Below are positions 7,737 through 17,883 of a stretch of DNA of 64,000 nucleotides, piece by piece. Positions within the stretch are counted from its first letter, which is position 1. Every line of letters starts with the position of its first letter. The notes below the pieces were generated by a model that ran no database searches, was not told the DNA's origin, and worked only from the letters and a program-made list of their open reading frames with translations. Both the position numbers and the translations under genes were made by a program. The stretch comes from Uliginosibacterium gangwonense (GTDB taxonomy: Bacteria; Pseudomonadota; Gammaproteobacteria; Burkholderiales; Rhodocyclaceae), in the NCBI GenBank assembly GCA_005239635.1, contig SBBQ01000039.1:19299-83298 (forward strand). The letters are read 5' to 3'.

Positions 7737-8987
7737 ATGGGTATCGCAATGATTTCAAGAAAGATTTGGGCGGTGGTATTAGCGAGTGCCTGGAGTTCGG
7801 GCATTCCGTTAGTGGCTGTGGCGCTCGGTGCGTCCGCAGCGATGGCGCTCAGTGTGTCTGGGGCCGTGGCTTTGGGTTGGTTTATGGCAATGTGGTTGGT
7901 GCTGCCATCCACCCGCAAACCAGATAATTTTTTGTCGTCGTCATCGACGGCAAGCAAGCCGATCGCTAAACCTACTGAAGGTTTAGGCGATGCAATGCAA
8001 AAGCTGGAAGAGATGCTGTCGCATTGCACGCATGCAGCGATTAGCCAGATCAATACTTCGCGCGGCGAAGTCGATCGTGTGAAGACGCTACTTCACAACG
8101 CGATTACGCAGCTGACCGAAAGCTTCCACGGTATGCACGGCGAAATCGAAATACAGAAACGTACCGCGCTCGAGATCTCTGGTGGCCACAAAGGTGAAGA
8201 AGCGGCAGAGAGCTCTATTCGCTTCGATCAGTTCATTGTCGACACGTCCGACACCATGCAACGCGTGGTCGATGGTGTGATCGAAAACAGTAAATTAGCA
8301 ATGGAGCTGGTTGAGCACACCGATGGTATTGCGATGGCCTCAGAGGCTGTGCGCAAAATTCTGGGCGAGATCGGTTCGATTTCAAAACAAACCAACCTGC
8401 TTGCATTGAATGCAGCGATTGAAGCTGCACGCGCTGGCGACGCTGGCCGTGGCTTTGCGGTGGTTGCAGATGAAGTGCGCGACCTGTCCCTGCGTACCAA
8501 CCAGTTCGCACAGCAAATTGTGTCGCTGATGGACAAGATGGCCTTGTCGATCACTGGCACTGAAGAAGCAATTGCGCGCATGGCCAGCCAGGACATGACC
8601 TTTGCGCTGGAATCTAAGTTACGTGTTCAAGAAATTATGGGTCGCGTTGAGCAAATCAACGAGGCACGCGCTGGCGCGATTGATCGCCTTGCAGCCTCGG
8701 CCGGTAAGGTTGATGGCGAAGTGGGTAAAGCCATTCTCGCGCTGCAATTCCAAGACATGACTTCACAGCTCTTAGGGCACGTTGAGACGCGCATGGTTGC
8801 GGTCGACGAATTGCTCCTCAAGCTTGACCAACTCTCGCATACCCTGCCGCAAGTTGGTGCGGGTGGGCACATTCCAGATGAAGCGATGGCCGCTGTTACC
8901 GCAGCCGTCTCGACATTGGATGACATGACTTCTAAAAACCCCGTTGCTCAAAAGTCGTATGAGCAAGGCGATATTGAATTGTTTTGA
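7737..8987 (+). CDS. Methyl-accepting chemotaxis protein, membrane-anchored, with no periplasmic sensor domain
   Basis: Hydrophobic N-terminus with two adjacent TM segments. Signalling hairpin [31 protein letters not shown]. Ends in GDIELF. The start is ambiguous (7701, 7737 or 7749). Confidence 0.88.
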   Translation: MGIAMISRKIWAVVLASAWSSGIPLVAVALGASAAMALSVSGAVALGWFMAMWLVLPSTRKPDNFLSSSSTASKPIAKPTEGLGDAMQKLEEMLSHCTHAAISQINTSRGEVDRVKTLLHNAITQLTESFHGMHGEIEIQKRTALEISGGHKGEEAAESSIRFDQFIVDTSDTMQRVVDGVIENSKLAMELVEHTDGIAMASEAVRKILGEIGSISKQTNLLALNAAIEAARAGDAGRGFAVVADEVRDLSLRTNQFAQQIVSLMDKMALSITGTEEAIARMASQDMTFALESKLRVQEIMGRVEQINEARAGAIDRLAASAGKVDGEVGKAILALQFQDMTSQLLGHVETRMVAVDELLLKLDQLSHTLPQVGAGGHIPDEAMAAVTAAVSTLDDMTSKNPVAQKSYEQGDIELF

Positions 8988-9012
8988 TGCAACTTGATTA
9001 ACAGGAACTGAC

Positions 9013-9378
9013 ATGGCCAAGACCGTACTCGCGATTGATGATTCCGCTTCCATCCGCCAGATGGTGGCATTCACGCTAAAAAGCTCCGGCTACGACGTAA
9101 TCGAAGCAGTGGATGGACAGGATGGTCTTGATAAGGCCAAGAGTAAATCTGTCAATTTGGTACTGACCGACCAAAACATGCCGCGCATGGATGGGCTTAC
9201 GCTCATCAAATCACTGCGCGCCATGCCGCAATACAAGGGCACGCCGATTCTGATGCTGACCACCGAATCTTCAGATGCTATGAAGGCGCAAGGTAAAGCG
9301 GTAGGCGCAACAGGCTGGCTGGTTAAGCCATTTGATCCGCAAAAGCTGGTTGATGTTGTCAAAAAGGTTATTGGCTAA
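9013..9378 (+). CDS. cheY: Chemotaxis response regulator CheY (pathway 1)
   Basis: 121-aa single REC domain: VLAIDDSASIR..LVLTDQNMPRMDG..WLVKPF. Confidence 0.9.
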   Translation: MAKTVLAIDDSASIRQMVAFTLKSSGYDVIEAVDGQDGLDKAKSKSVNLVLTDQNMPRMDGLTLIKSLRAMPQYKGTPILMLTTESSDAMKAQGKAVGATGWLVKPFDPQKLVDVVKKVIG

Positions 9379-9421
9379 TTACTCCATATAACAGCGATAA
9401 AAACGACATACGGAGCGCGCC

Positions 9422-11659
9422 ATGGCCATTGATATGAGCCAGTTCTATCAAGTGTTCTTCGAAGAAACCGAAGAACATTTGGCCAATATGGAACAGTTGC
9501 TGTTAGAGACTGATCCGGACGATTTTGACAATGAGCAGATGAATGCCATTTTCAGATCGGCACACTCCATTAAGGGCAGTGCTGGTACGTTTGGTTTTCA
9601 AGATCTCGCACAAGTCACCCATGAATTAGAAACGATGTTGGACTTGGTTCGCAAAGGCGAACTGGATCTAACATCAGAAATGGTTGATGCCAGCCTAGAA
9701 GCAGGCGACCTGCTGAAGATGATGCTAGATGCACATCGCGGTGGTCCGGCCGCTGCAACTGAAGACATCGAATTTATTTGTCGTCACCTGCGTGAGTTAA
9801 GCGGTGCTCAGGCTCCCGTTAAAGAAGAGTCAGAACCTGTCGCCAGCCAGGCAGAAGAGGCTATTGCTACCGCTGAGACGAGCGAAGCTGTTGAGCAAAA
9901 TGTGTTTGTGGCGAGCTTTAAGCTCGACGCACGCGCTGTAGTCAATCCGGCTGTGATTGAAAACATGCTGGAAGACCTGCGCGAGATGGGGCTGGTTGAG
10001 ATCATCACTAAACCAGCAGGTGAATTGGTCGAAGGCGTGTGGACACTAAAAATTACCACTGCCTATGCAGATTCAAGCCTGACCGAAATCATTGAATATG
10101 TTGCCGAACATGGCTCATTAAAGTTCGAGCATGAAGGTGCTGTGCAAGTCAGTGCAGCAGATGGCTCTTTCGGTCTGTTCAATGAGGGTCATGAAGTCGG
10201 TTCGACGGTAGCCGCAGCCGAGGCTGTGGTCGAAGAAGACGACTCCTTCGGTTTGTTCGAGCCGGTCGAGGCGCCTGCAACGGTTGAGGCGACACCAGCG
10301 CCTGCTGCCCACGTGGTGGCGGAAGACGATTCGTTCGGCTTCTTCGAGCCGCTGCCGCCGGTTGTTGAGTCAAACGATCAAGAGCTTGCAGTTGCAGAAG
10401 CTTCACCCGCAGCTGTAACGCCCGTCGCGCGCGCAACCGCCAGCAAAGAAGATCGTGCTGCAAAACCAGCGAGCAACGATGCCGGTTCAATTCGCGTCGG
10501 TGTGGAAAAGGTTGATCAGATGATCAACCTCGTGGGTGAATTGGTGATCACCCAAGCCATGATCGCGCAATCTGCCAGCACGCTTGACCCCGTTATTTAC
10601 GAACGCCTGATGAATGGTATTGCGCAACTTGAGCGCAATACACGTGACCTGCAAGAGTCGGTCATGTCGATTCGTATGATGCCCATCTCTGTGACCTTCT
10701 CGCGCTTCCCGCGTGTGGTGCGTGACTTGTCGCGCAAGCTGGGCAAACAAGTGCGCTTGGTCATGAGCGGTGAAAGCACCGAGCTAGACAAGGGCCTGAT
10801 TGAGCGTATCGCCGATCCGCTAACGCATTTGGTGCGTAACAGCTTGGATCACGGTATTGAAATGCCTGAAAAGCGTTTGGCAGCAGGCAAGCCCGAAGAA
10901 GGCACGATCACCCTGAAGGCATCGCATCAAAGCGGCAACATCGTCATTGAAGTCGGCGACGATGGTGGCGGCCTCAATCGTGACCGCATTCTGTCTAAGG
11001 CACGTGAACGTGGCCTGCCCGTGTCAGACAACATGACCGACAGCGAAGTGTGGAACCTGATTTTTGAAGCAGGTTTCTCGACCGCAGATCAGATTACCGA
11101 AGTGTCGGGTCGTGGTGTGGGCATGGACGTGGTGCGTAAAAACATTACTGCCATGGGCGGCAAGGTTGAGATTGATTCAGTGTATGGCGTGGGTACACGC
11201 ATCACCGTACGCCTGCCGCTGACCCTTGCCATTCTGGATGGTATGTCTATTCGTGTCGGCCATGAAACCTACATCGTGCCGCTCAACTATGTTGTTGAGT
11301 CGTTGCAGCCAGCGCCGGGCCAAGTCCGAACCATTTCGGGTGCGGGCAAGGTCATTATGGTTCGTGGTGATTTCTTGCCCGTGGTGCCGCTGCATGAAGT
11401 GTTTAACTGTCATGGCGCAGAAACCGATTACGAGCGCGGCATCATGGTCGTCATGGAATCTGACGGTGCCAAGAGCGCATTGTTTGTAGATGAACTGTTA
11501 GGCCAGTACCAAGTGGTGATCAAGTCGCTCGAGGCTAATTACCGCCGCGTACCCGGTATTTCCGGGGCAACCATCATGGGCGATGGCAAAGTCGCACTCA
11601 TCTTGGATGTCGCGTCTCTCATGAATGTTTCAAAGCTCATGGCTGAAGAAGCGGCGTGA
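9422..11659 (+). CDS. cheA: Chemotaxis histidine kinase CheA (pathway 1, with a P2-like domain)
   Basis: Hpt domain (HSIKGSAGTFGF), a P2-like alpha/beta segment, P3, HATPase (DPLTHLVRNSLDHG, GDDGGG, GRGVGMD) and a P5 CheW-like end. Three acidic SFG[LF]F repeats lie in the P2-P3 linker. Confidence 0.93.
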   Translation: MAIDMSQFYQVFFEETEEHLANMEQLLLETDPDDFDNEQMNAIFRSAHSIKGSAGTFGFQDLAQVTHELETMLDLVRKGELDLTSEMVDASLEAGDLLKMMLDAHRGGPAAATEDIEFICRHLRELSGAQAPVKEESEPVASQAEEAIATAETSEAVEQNVFVASFKLDARAVVNPAVIENMLEDLREMGLVEIITKPAGELVEGVWTLKITTAYADSSLTEIIEYVAEHGSLKFEHEGAVQVSAADGSFGLFNEGHEVGSTVAAAEAVVEEDDSFGLFEPVEAPATVEATPAPAAHVVAEDDSFGFFEPLPPVVESNDQELAVAEASPAAVTPVARATASKEDRAAKPASNDAGSIRVGVEKVDQMINLVGELVITQAMIAQSASTLDPVIYERLMNGIAQLERNTRDLQESVMSIRMMPISVTFSRFPRVVRDLSRKLGKQVRLVMSGESTELDKGLIERIADPLTHLVRNSLDHGIEMPEKRLAAGKPEEGTITLKASHQSGNIVIEVGDDGGGLNRDRILSKARERGLPVSDNMTDSEVWNLIFEAGFSTADQITEVSGRGVGMDVVRKNITAMGGKVEIDSVYGVGTRITVRLPLTLAILDGMSIRVGHETYIVPLNYVVESLQPAPGQVRTISGAGKVIMVRGDFLPVVPLHEVFNCHGAETDYERGIMVVMESDGAKSALFVDELLGQYQVVIKSLEANYRRVPGISGATIMGDGKVALILDVASLMNVSKLMAEEAA

Positions 11660-11677
11660 TTACACCCTAGATCGTAT

Positions 11678-11704
11678 TTAAGACGGATACATAAGTGCCG
11701 TTAG
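11678..11704 (+). promoter_or_regulatory. Candidate internal sigma28 promoter upstream of cheW
   Basis: TTAAGacggatacataagtGCCGTTAG, in the 72-nt cheA-cheW gap. Confidence 0.35.
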
Positions 11705-11731
11705 TCCCGGAAGCAAGTTGAGGAGAGTGAA

Positions 11732-12313
11732 ATGCTAGCCACTAACGCAGCAGGTAGTGCAGCAGTAAATGGTGCAGGGAATCCGACTGCAAGCGGTCAA
11801 CCCGGCAGCCCCGCAAACGGTAGCGCGGCCAGTGCTGTTGCTTTGGTAGAGCACGGCCATGTGCAGGAATTTCTGACCTTTACCTTGGGTGATGAAGAAT
11901 ACGCAATTGATATTCTCAAAGTTCAGGAAATCCGTGGTTATGACGTGGTCACCACCATTGCCAATACCCCCGAATTCATTAAAGGCGTGATCAATCTGCG
12001 TGGGGTCATCGTTCCCATTGTTGATATGCGCATCAAGTTCAGCTTGGGTAGTGCTGAATACAATCAATTCACTGTGGTCATTATCCTCAACGTGGCCGGT
12101 CGTGTGGTTGGCATCGTCGTCGATAGCGTGTCGGATGTGATTTCGCTAACGGCAGATCAGATTAAGGAAGCGCCGATGTTGTCTGGTGTGTCAAACACCA
12201 ACCACATTAACGGTATTGGCACGGTAGATGAACGCATGCTCATCCTGCTGGATATCGAGCGCCTGATGATGAGCCCAGACATTGGCTTGTTAGACGAACA
12301 ACGACTGCAGTAA
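11732..12313 (+). CDS. cheW: Chemotaxis coupling protein CheW (with an Ala/Gly/Pro-rich N-terminal extension)
   Basis: SD gaggag. CheW-like domain: [37 protein letters not shown]. Confidence 0.9.
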   Translation: MLATNAAGSAAVNGAGNPTASGQPGSPANGSAASAVALVEHGHVQEFLTFTLGDEEYAIDILKVQEIRGYDVVTTIANTPEFIKGVINLRGVIVPIVDMRIKFSLGSAEYNQFTVVIILNVAGRVVGIVVDSVSDVISLTADQIKEAPMLSGVSNTNHINGIGTVDERMLILLDIERLMMSPDIGLLDEQRLQ

Positions 12314-12407
12314 CACCCCTAATTTCGGTCACCGCAGTGAGACGTGCGCGGCGGAACCAGACAAGTTCGAAAGCACGTCGCACGCAGAGATAAAAAAGGA
12401 GTTGAGC

Positions 12408-14714
12408 ATGGAAACCAATGTGAATGAAAACAACGCTGAAGTGAAGGTCGCCAAGGCCAAGGCCAAAGCACCTGCTCGCAAAAAGACTGTACGCGCCGAA
12501 TCATCACCGGCCTCTAAGCCGGCTGTGTCTGGCGAAGTGTTGGTACATGCGCTGAAGAGTAAAGATGCGCTACACAACATTAGCAACGCGATCATGATGA
12601 TCGACCGCGACTTCAAGGTGACCTACGCCAACAAGATGACAGTACAAATGCTGACGGAAAATGCAGAAGTTTTCCGCAAGATTTGGCCGACCTTTGATGC
12701 AAGCCGCATCATCGGTACTTGTATCGATATGTTCCACAAGAACCCAGAACATCAACGTCGTATGTTGGCCGACCCGAGCCGTCTGCCTTACAAGACTGAA
12801 ATCACCATTGGTGATTTCAAGTTCTCATTGAATGTGATGGCTTCTTACGACGCCAAAGGCAATTACGATGGCAACGTGCTGGAATGGGCAAACGTGACGG
12901 AACTGCGTAGCTCCAAGGGCCAGTTGGATGCGATTAATCGTGCTCAAGCCGTCATTCAATTCACGCCGGACGGTCGCATTCTGCACGCCAATGAAAACTT
13001 CCTGAATACGCTGGGTTACAGCCTGAGTGAAGTAGTGGGGCAGCACCACAGCATGTTTGTTGATCCGCAATATCGCATCAGCAACGATTACCGCATGTTC
13101 TGGGACAAGCTAGCACGTGGCGAATACGATGCGGGACAGTACAAGCGTATTGGCAAAGGCGGCAAGGAAATTTGGATTCAAGCCAGCTACAACCCGATTC
13201 TGGATGGTAACGGCCGCCCCTTCATGGTGGTGAAGTACGCAACCGATATCACCGAACAGAAGCTGAAGAGCGCTGACTTCGAAGGCCAGTTGTCTGCGAT
13301 TGGCAAAGCTCAGGCTGTGATCGAGTTCAGCTTGGACGGCAAGATTATTACCGCCAACGATAACTTCCTGAACACCCTAGGTTACAACCTGAATGAAATT
13401 AAGGGTCAGCACCACAGCATGTTTGTGGATCCAGAATATCGCGCAAGCGGTGAATATCGTCTGTTCTGGGATAAGTTGGGTCGCGGTGAATATGATTCAG
13501 GCCAATACAAGCGTATTGGCAAAGGCGGCAAAGAAATCTGGATTCAAGCTAGCTACAACCCGATTCTCGATATGGACGGCAAGCCGTTTAAGGTTGTGAA
13601 GTACGCAACAGACGTGACCGAGCAAGTTAAGGCTGCACGTGTGTTGCAACAAGCGGTTGAGCAAACTCAAGCTGTCGTAGTCGCTGCGCAAGACGGTGAC
13701 TTAACGCAACGTATTCCGCTGGAAGGCAAGTCCGGTTCAATTGAAGCACTGTGCGCAGGCGTCAACTCACTGGTTGATGGCATGGCAGATGTTGTGGGCC
13801 AAGTACAAGAAGCGGCAGATGTTATTAGCACTGCTTCTAAGGAAATCGCGCAAGGTAACAGCGACTTGTCTGGCCGTACTGAAAACCAAGCTTCTAGCTT
13901 GGAAGAAACCGCCAGTTCAATGGAAGAGCTCACCTCAACTGTGAAGCAAAATGCGGAGAATGCACGTCAAGCGAACCACTTGGCCGCAGGTGCATCTGAT
14001 GTGGCACAGAAAGGTGGTGAGGTTGTGCGTCAAGTGGTGGATACCATGACGCAGATTTCAGAATCTTCCAAGAAGATTTCCGACATCATCAGCGTGATTG
14101 ATGGCATCGCCTTCCAAACCAATATTTTGGCGCTGAATGCTGCGGTTGAAGCAGCCCGTGCCGGTGAGCAAGGTCGTGGCTTTGCGGTGGTGGCCTCTGA
14201 AGTGCGCAACTTGGCACAACGTAGTGCGGGCGCCGCAAAAGAAATTAAGACTTTGATTTCTGATTCGGCTGACCGCGTGAATGCAGGTTCTGCCTTGGTG
14301 GGCAAAGCGGGCCAAACCATGGATGAAATTGTCACCGCAGTTAAGCAAGTGACAGACATCATGGCGGAGATCACCTCTGCTTCTCAAGAGCAAAGCTCGG
14401 GTATCGAGCAAGTGAACCAAGCCATTGCACAGATGGATGAAGTGACGCAACAGAATGCTGCATTGGTTGAAGAAGCTGCCGCAGCCTCTGAAAGCCTGCA
14501 AGAGCAAGCTGCAACGCTGGTGGGCGCCGTGGATCGCTTCCGCCTGAGTGATGAAGAGCCGCGTGCCAAGTCTTTCAAGCCGAATGCACGTCCTGCTGCC
14601 AATGAGCCAGCGCGTCGCCCGGCATCCTCACGCGTTTCGCCTTCAGTTGGCAAGGTGAAGCGCGCAGTGAATGCTCCAGCACATTCAGCTGAAGACGAGT
14701 GGGAAGAGTTCTGA
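12408..14714 (+). CDS. Soluble methyl-accepting chemotaxis protein with three PAS modules and a C-terminal EWEEF pentapeptide
   Basis: ATG 12408 follows SD aaggag. No TM segment. PAS modules are followed by [31 protein letters not shown]. Ends in EDEWEEF, an xWxxF CheR/CheB tether-like motif. Confidence 0.9.
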   Translation: METNVNENNAEVKVAKAKAKAPARKKTVRAESSPASKPAVSGEVLVHALKSKDALHNISNAIMMIDRDFKVTYANKMTVQMLTENAEVFRKIWPTFDASRIIGTCIDMFHKNPEHQRRMLADPSRLPYKTEITIGDFKFSLNVMASYDAKGNYDGNVLEWANVTELRSSKGQLDAINRAQAVIQFTPDGRILHANENFLNTLGYSLSEVVGQHHSMFVDPQYRISNDYRMFWDKLARGEYDAGQYKRIGKGGKEIWIQASYNPILDGNGRPFMVVKYATDITEQKLKSADFEGQLSAIGKAQAVIEFSLDGKIITANDNFLNTLGYNLNEIKGQHHSMFVDPEYRASGEYRLFWDKLGRGEYDSGQYKRIGKGGKEIWIQASYNPILDMDGKPFKVVKYATDVTEQVKAARVLQQAVEQTQAVVVAAQDGDLTQRIPLEGKSGSIEALCAGVNSLVDGMADVVGQVQEAADVISTASKEIAQGNSDLSGRTENQASSLEETASSMEELTSTVKQNAENARQANHLAAGASDVAQKGGEVVRQVVDTMTQISESSKKISDIISVIDGIAFQTNILALNAAVEAARAGEQGRGFAVVASEVRNLAQRSAGAAKEIKTLISDSADRVNAGSALVGKAGQTMDEIVTAVKQVTDIMAEITSASQEQSSGIEQVNQAIAQMDEVTQQNAALVEEAAAASESLQEQAATLVGAVDRFRLSDEEPRAKSFKPNARPAANEPARRPASSRVSPSVGKVKRAVNAPAHSAEDEWEEF
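12921..13652 (+). repeat. Tandem duplication of a PAS module (2 x 366 bp) inside the soluble MCP
   Basis: Residues ~174-295 and ~296-417 align throughout, e.g. [42 protein letters not shown] versus [42 protein letters not shown]. Confidence 0.85.
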
Positions 14715-14807
14715 TCCGCTAGACCGCAGACCTGCCTAAATTAAGGTGGGTCTGCCTTCCCCTGGTTGTGTGCGTGTAGAACAGAATTTTCAAAGAGCCA
14801 GAGCAAC

Positions 14808-15722
14808 ATGTCAGCACTATTGGCAAAACGTCCTTCTGCGATCAACCAGCCTAGTACAGCAGCTAAAGCTGTGCCCGGTAAGGTTTTGACAGCCAGCACC
14901 CAGCATCGTGAATTTGAATTCACGGATCGCGATTTCGACAAAATTCGAAAACTAATTTATGCGCATGCCGGTATTAGTCTTTCTGACCAGAAGGCTGACA
15001 TGGTCTACAGCCGTTTGGCGCGCCGTTTGCGTCATTATGGCGACCGCAAGTTTTCTGATTATTTATCGCGCCTCGAAAACTCTGGTGAAGATGAGTGGGA
15101 GTTGTTCGTTAATGCACTCACCACAAACCTCACCAGCTTCTTCCGTGAGGCGCATCATTTTGATGTGCTAGCGCAATACCTTCGCAAGTTGCAGCACCGC
15201 CCCATTCGCATTTGGTGTAGCGCGGCTTCGACAGGTGAAGAGCCGTATAGCATTGCGATGAGTGTGTGCGAAACCTTTGGCACGCTCACGCCACCCGTCA
15301 GCATTGTCGCTTCCGATATCGATACAAACTGTTTGAATACCGCCAAGCAAGGCGTGTATGCGTCCGAGCGTGTCGAAAAATTGTCGAAAGAGCGTCTGCA
15401 GCAGTTTTTCTTGAAAGGCACGGGCGGCAAAGAGGGCTACGTACGTATTCGCCCAGAACTGCGCAAATTAATTGAATACAAACGCATCAACTTGCTGGAT
15501 GCGCGTTATGACGTATCCGGTCCGTTTGATGTGATCTTTTGTCGGAATGTCATGATCTATTTTGACAAGCCGACTCAGTACGCCATTCTTAAACGCTTCC
15601 ATCCCTTGTTAAATCGTGATGGTCTGTTGCTTGCCGGGCATTCCGAGAGCTTTATGCACGCAGCAGACTTGTTTAAGACACAAGGAAAGACGGTTTATGT
15701 CCGCACCGACTCCCAGCGCTAA
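14808..15722 (+). CDS. cheR: Chemotaxis methyltransferase CheR
   Basis: Motifs FFREAHHF, IWCSAASTGEEPYSIAM and IFCRNVMIYFD. ATG 14808 is the likely start; the ORF-track start at 14766 is TTG. Confidence 0.9.
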   Translation: MSALLAKRPSAINQPSTAAKAVPGKVLTASTQHREFEFTDRDFDKIRKLIYAHAGISLSDQKADMVYSRLARRLRHYGDRKFSDYLSRLENSGEDEWELFVNALTTNLTSFFREAHHFDVLAQYLRKLQHRPIRIWCSAASTGEEPYSIAMSVCETFGTLTPPVSIVASDIDTNCLNTAKQGVYASERVEKLSKERLQQFFLKGTGGKEGYVRIRPELRKLIEYKRINLLDARYDVSGPFDVIFCRNVMIYFDKPTQYAILKRFHPLLNRDGLLLAGHSESFMHAADLFKTQGKTVYVRTDSQR

Positions 15723-16332
15723 GTTGCGAGTGGTGACGCCGGATGTGATTGAGCATCAGGCCACGAACCATTACTTTGACCGGAATTTCAACATTCAATC
15801 GGTCAAGGTTTTGCCGGGCGAATTTTTTGTGACGATCAAAGAGCAAATGATTGTTACCGTCTTGGGTTCCTGTGTGGCGGCGTGCATTCGCGATAAAGAT
15901 TTAGGTGTGGGTGGGCTCAACCACTTTATGCTGCCGGATAGCGGCGGCGGTGTAGCCAGTACATCAGCACGCTATGGCGCCTACGCCATGGAGTTATTGA
16001 TTAATAACATCCTCAAAATGGGTGGTCGTCGTCATCGCTTAGAAGCCAAGATATTTGGTGGTGGCCGCGTCATGGCGACATTGGCAAATTCTAATGTGGG
16101 CGAACGCAATGTGGCGTTTGTGCGCGAGTTTCTGCGGAATGAAAACATTCCCATCGTGGCAGAAGATTTGCTCGACGTGTATCCCCGCAAAGTCTATTTC
16201 TTCCCGTTTAACGGGAAGGTCAAGCTTAAGAAACTACTGTCTACGCACAACGACACGTTGGCGCAACGCGAGCAAGCCTACGTGGCGACGCTCAGCAAGC
16301 AGGAAGTTTCTGGCGATGTCGAATTGTTCTGA
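15697..16332 (+). CDS. cheD: Chemoreceptor glutamine deamidase CheD
   Basis: ATG 15697 follows SD aggaaag and overlaps the cheR end by 26 nt. Motifs VLGSCVAACIRD and HFMLP. Ends in GDVELF. Confidence 0.88.
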   Translation: MSAPTPSAKLRVVTPDVIEHQATNHYFDRNFNIQSVKVLPGEFFVTIKEQMIVTVLGSCVAACIRDKDLGVGGLNHFMLPDSGGGVASTSARYGAYAMELLINNILKMGGRRHRLEAKIFGGGRVMATLANSNVGERNVAFVREFLRNENIPIVAEDLLDVYPRKVYFFPFNGKVKLKKLLSTHNDTLAQREQAYVATLSKQEVSGDVELF

Positions 16333-16353
16333 TTCTGAAATTGGTCTTGAAAT

Positions 16354-17424
16354 ATGGCAATCAAGGTACTCATTATCGATGACTCGCCAGTGATGCGCTC
16401 GATTTTGAGCAAGATCATTGATGAAGCCGATGATCTTGAAGTGGTGGGCGCAGCACCACACCCGCTTGCTGCACGTGAAATGATCAAGCAGCTCAACCCA
16501 GATGTGCTGACACTGGATGTTGAAATGCCGCACATGGATGGGATTGAGTTTCTCAATCGCTTAATGCGCTTGCATCCTATGCCTGTGGTCATGATCTCTA
16601 CGCTGACACAGCGTGGGTCGGACACGACTTTGCACGCACTAGAGCTAGGCGCATTTGATTTCATTGCCAAGCCATCAACTGATGGCGCAAATGGCCTTGC
16701 AAAATACAGCGATGATATTCACCGTAAATTGCGTGAGGCCTATGCTGCACGCAATAAAGTGGGCCGTCGCCGCACCGTGGCTGCGAATGACAACCATGCG
16801 GCCGGGCCTGTGTTGTCACCGCGCGTGCTAGAGCAACGCTTGATTTGCATTGGGGCCTCAACAGGCGGAACGGAAGCGATTAAAACAGTATTGATGAGTA
16901 TGCCTGAACGTGTGCCGGGCATCGTCATGACGCAGCACATGCCAGAAATGTTCACCGGCAGTTTTGCCAAACGGCTCGATTCACTTTGCAAAATCGCAGT
17001 GAAAGAAGCTGAGTCGGGTGAGCGTATTTTGCCGGGCCATGCTTACTTGGCACCCGGCCACTCGCATTTGAAGGTTGTAAACCGTGGCGGTCATTATTAC
17101 TGCGAGCTAGAAGACTCCGAGCCCGTGAATCGTCATCGTCCCTCTGTAGATGTGCTGTTCGATTCAGTGGCGCGCCAAGTGGGTGCGCAGGCAGTGGGCA
17201 TTATTCTGACGGGTATGGGTAAAGACGGTGCTCAAGGCTTGTTAAAAATGCGCGAGGCAGGCTGTTGGACGTTAGGACAGAACCAAGAGACATGTGTGGT
17301 CTACGGCATGCCACGTGAAGCTGCCGAGATTGGCGCATGCGTTGATGTCGCACCTTTAGACGAAGTGACACGCTGTATTTTGCAGAATCTGGCCTCGCCT
17401 CAACGCTCTGCAGCGCGCGCTTGA
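16354..17424 (+). CDS. cheB: Chemotaxis methylesterase/deamidase CheB
   Basis: REC domain (KVLIIDDSPVMR..LTLDVEMPHMDG) plus a methylesterase domain (GASTGGTEA, MTQHMP, ILTGMGKDG). Confidence 0.93.
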   Translation: MAIKVLIIDDSPVMRSILSKIIDEADDLEVVGAAPHPLAAREMIKQLNPDVLTLDVEMPHMDGIEFLNRLMRLHPMPVVMISTLTQRGSDTTLHALELGAFDFIAKPSTDGANGLAKYSDDIHRKLREAYAARNKVGRRRTVAANDNHAAGPVLSPRVLEQRLICIGASTGGTEAIKTVLMSMPERVPGIVMTQHMPEMFTGSFAKRLDSLCKIAVKEAESGERILPGHAYLAPGHSHLKVVNRGGHYYCELEDSEPVNRHRPSVDVLFDSVARQVGAQAVGIILTGMGKDGAQGLLKMREAGCWTLGQNQETCVVYGMPREAAEIGACVDVAPLDEVTRCILQNLASPQRSAARA

Positions 17425-17431
17425 GATGTGC

Positions 17432-17458
17432 TCAAGCGAACGAAAGCGCAGCCGTTAA
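17432..17458 (+). promoter_or_regulatory. Candidate sigma28 promoter upstream of the STAS / REC-PP2C-kinase pair
   Basis: TCAAGcgaacgaaagcgcaGCCGTTAA. It starts 8 nt after the cheB stop and lies 44 nt upstream of ATG 17502. Confidence 0.5.
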
Positions 17459-17501
17459 CAAACTATGGGCCTGATTAGACGGGCTAGAAATTGGAGTATG
17501 A

Positions 17502-17807
17502 ATGGATACCAGCGTAAATGTTGAAGGTGCACGTGCTGTCATTAAACTGAACGGCCGTTTCGACTTCAATGCACACCGTGATTTTCGTCTTGCCTCTGAG
17601 AGTGTGATGACGCGAGCAGACGTTCGCGAAGTACAGCTCGACATGGCACAAGTTGCTTATCTCGACAGCTCTGCATTGGGCATGTTGTTGATGCTGCGTG
17701 ACAAAGCAAAGGCAGGTAACAAACAATTAGCACTGACGAACTGCATGCGCAATGTGAAGCAAGTGCTTGAAATTGCCAATTTCAACAAGTTGTTTGATAT
17801 TTCCTGA
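17502..17807 (+). CDS. STAS-domain anti-sigma-factor antagonist (HsbA/SpoIIAA-like)
   Basis: 101 aa. Phosphorylatable Ser context AYLDSSALGMLLML. It is followed by a gene encoding both the PP2C phosphatase and the RsbW-type kinase. Confidence 0.8.
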   Translation: MDTSVNVEGARAVIKLNGRFDFNAHRDFRLASESVMTRADVREVQLDMAQVAYLDSSALGMLLMLRDKAKAGNKQLALTNCMRNVKQVLEIANFNKLFDIS

Positions 17808-17883
17808 CACCTTTCCTGGCACACTTCCTAGCACATCGGGCCTGTGCCTGTGCTCAGCCTAAACATGACTGCGCGCTAAGACG

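Noticed and set aside
17813-17829. Sigma54-like element TGGCACacttccTAGCA upstream of the REC-PP2C-kinase gene.
   Set aside because: The GG to GC spacing is 11 nt instead of the invariant 10, and the -12 region reads TAGCA. The gene is probably co-transcribed with the STAS gene from the sigma28-type promoter at 17432..17458.
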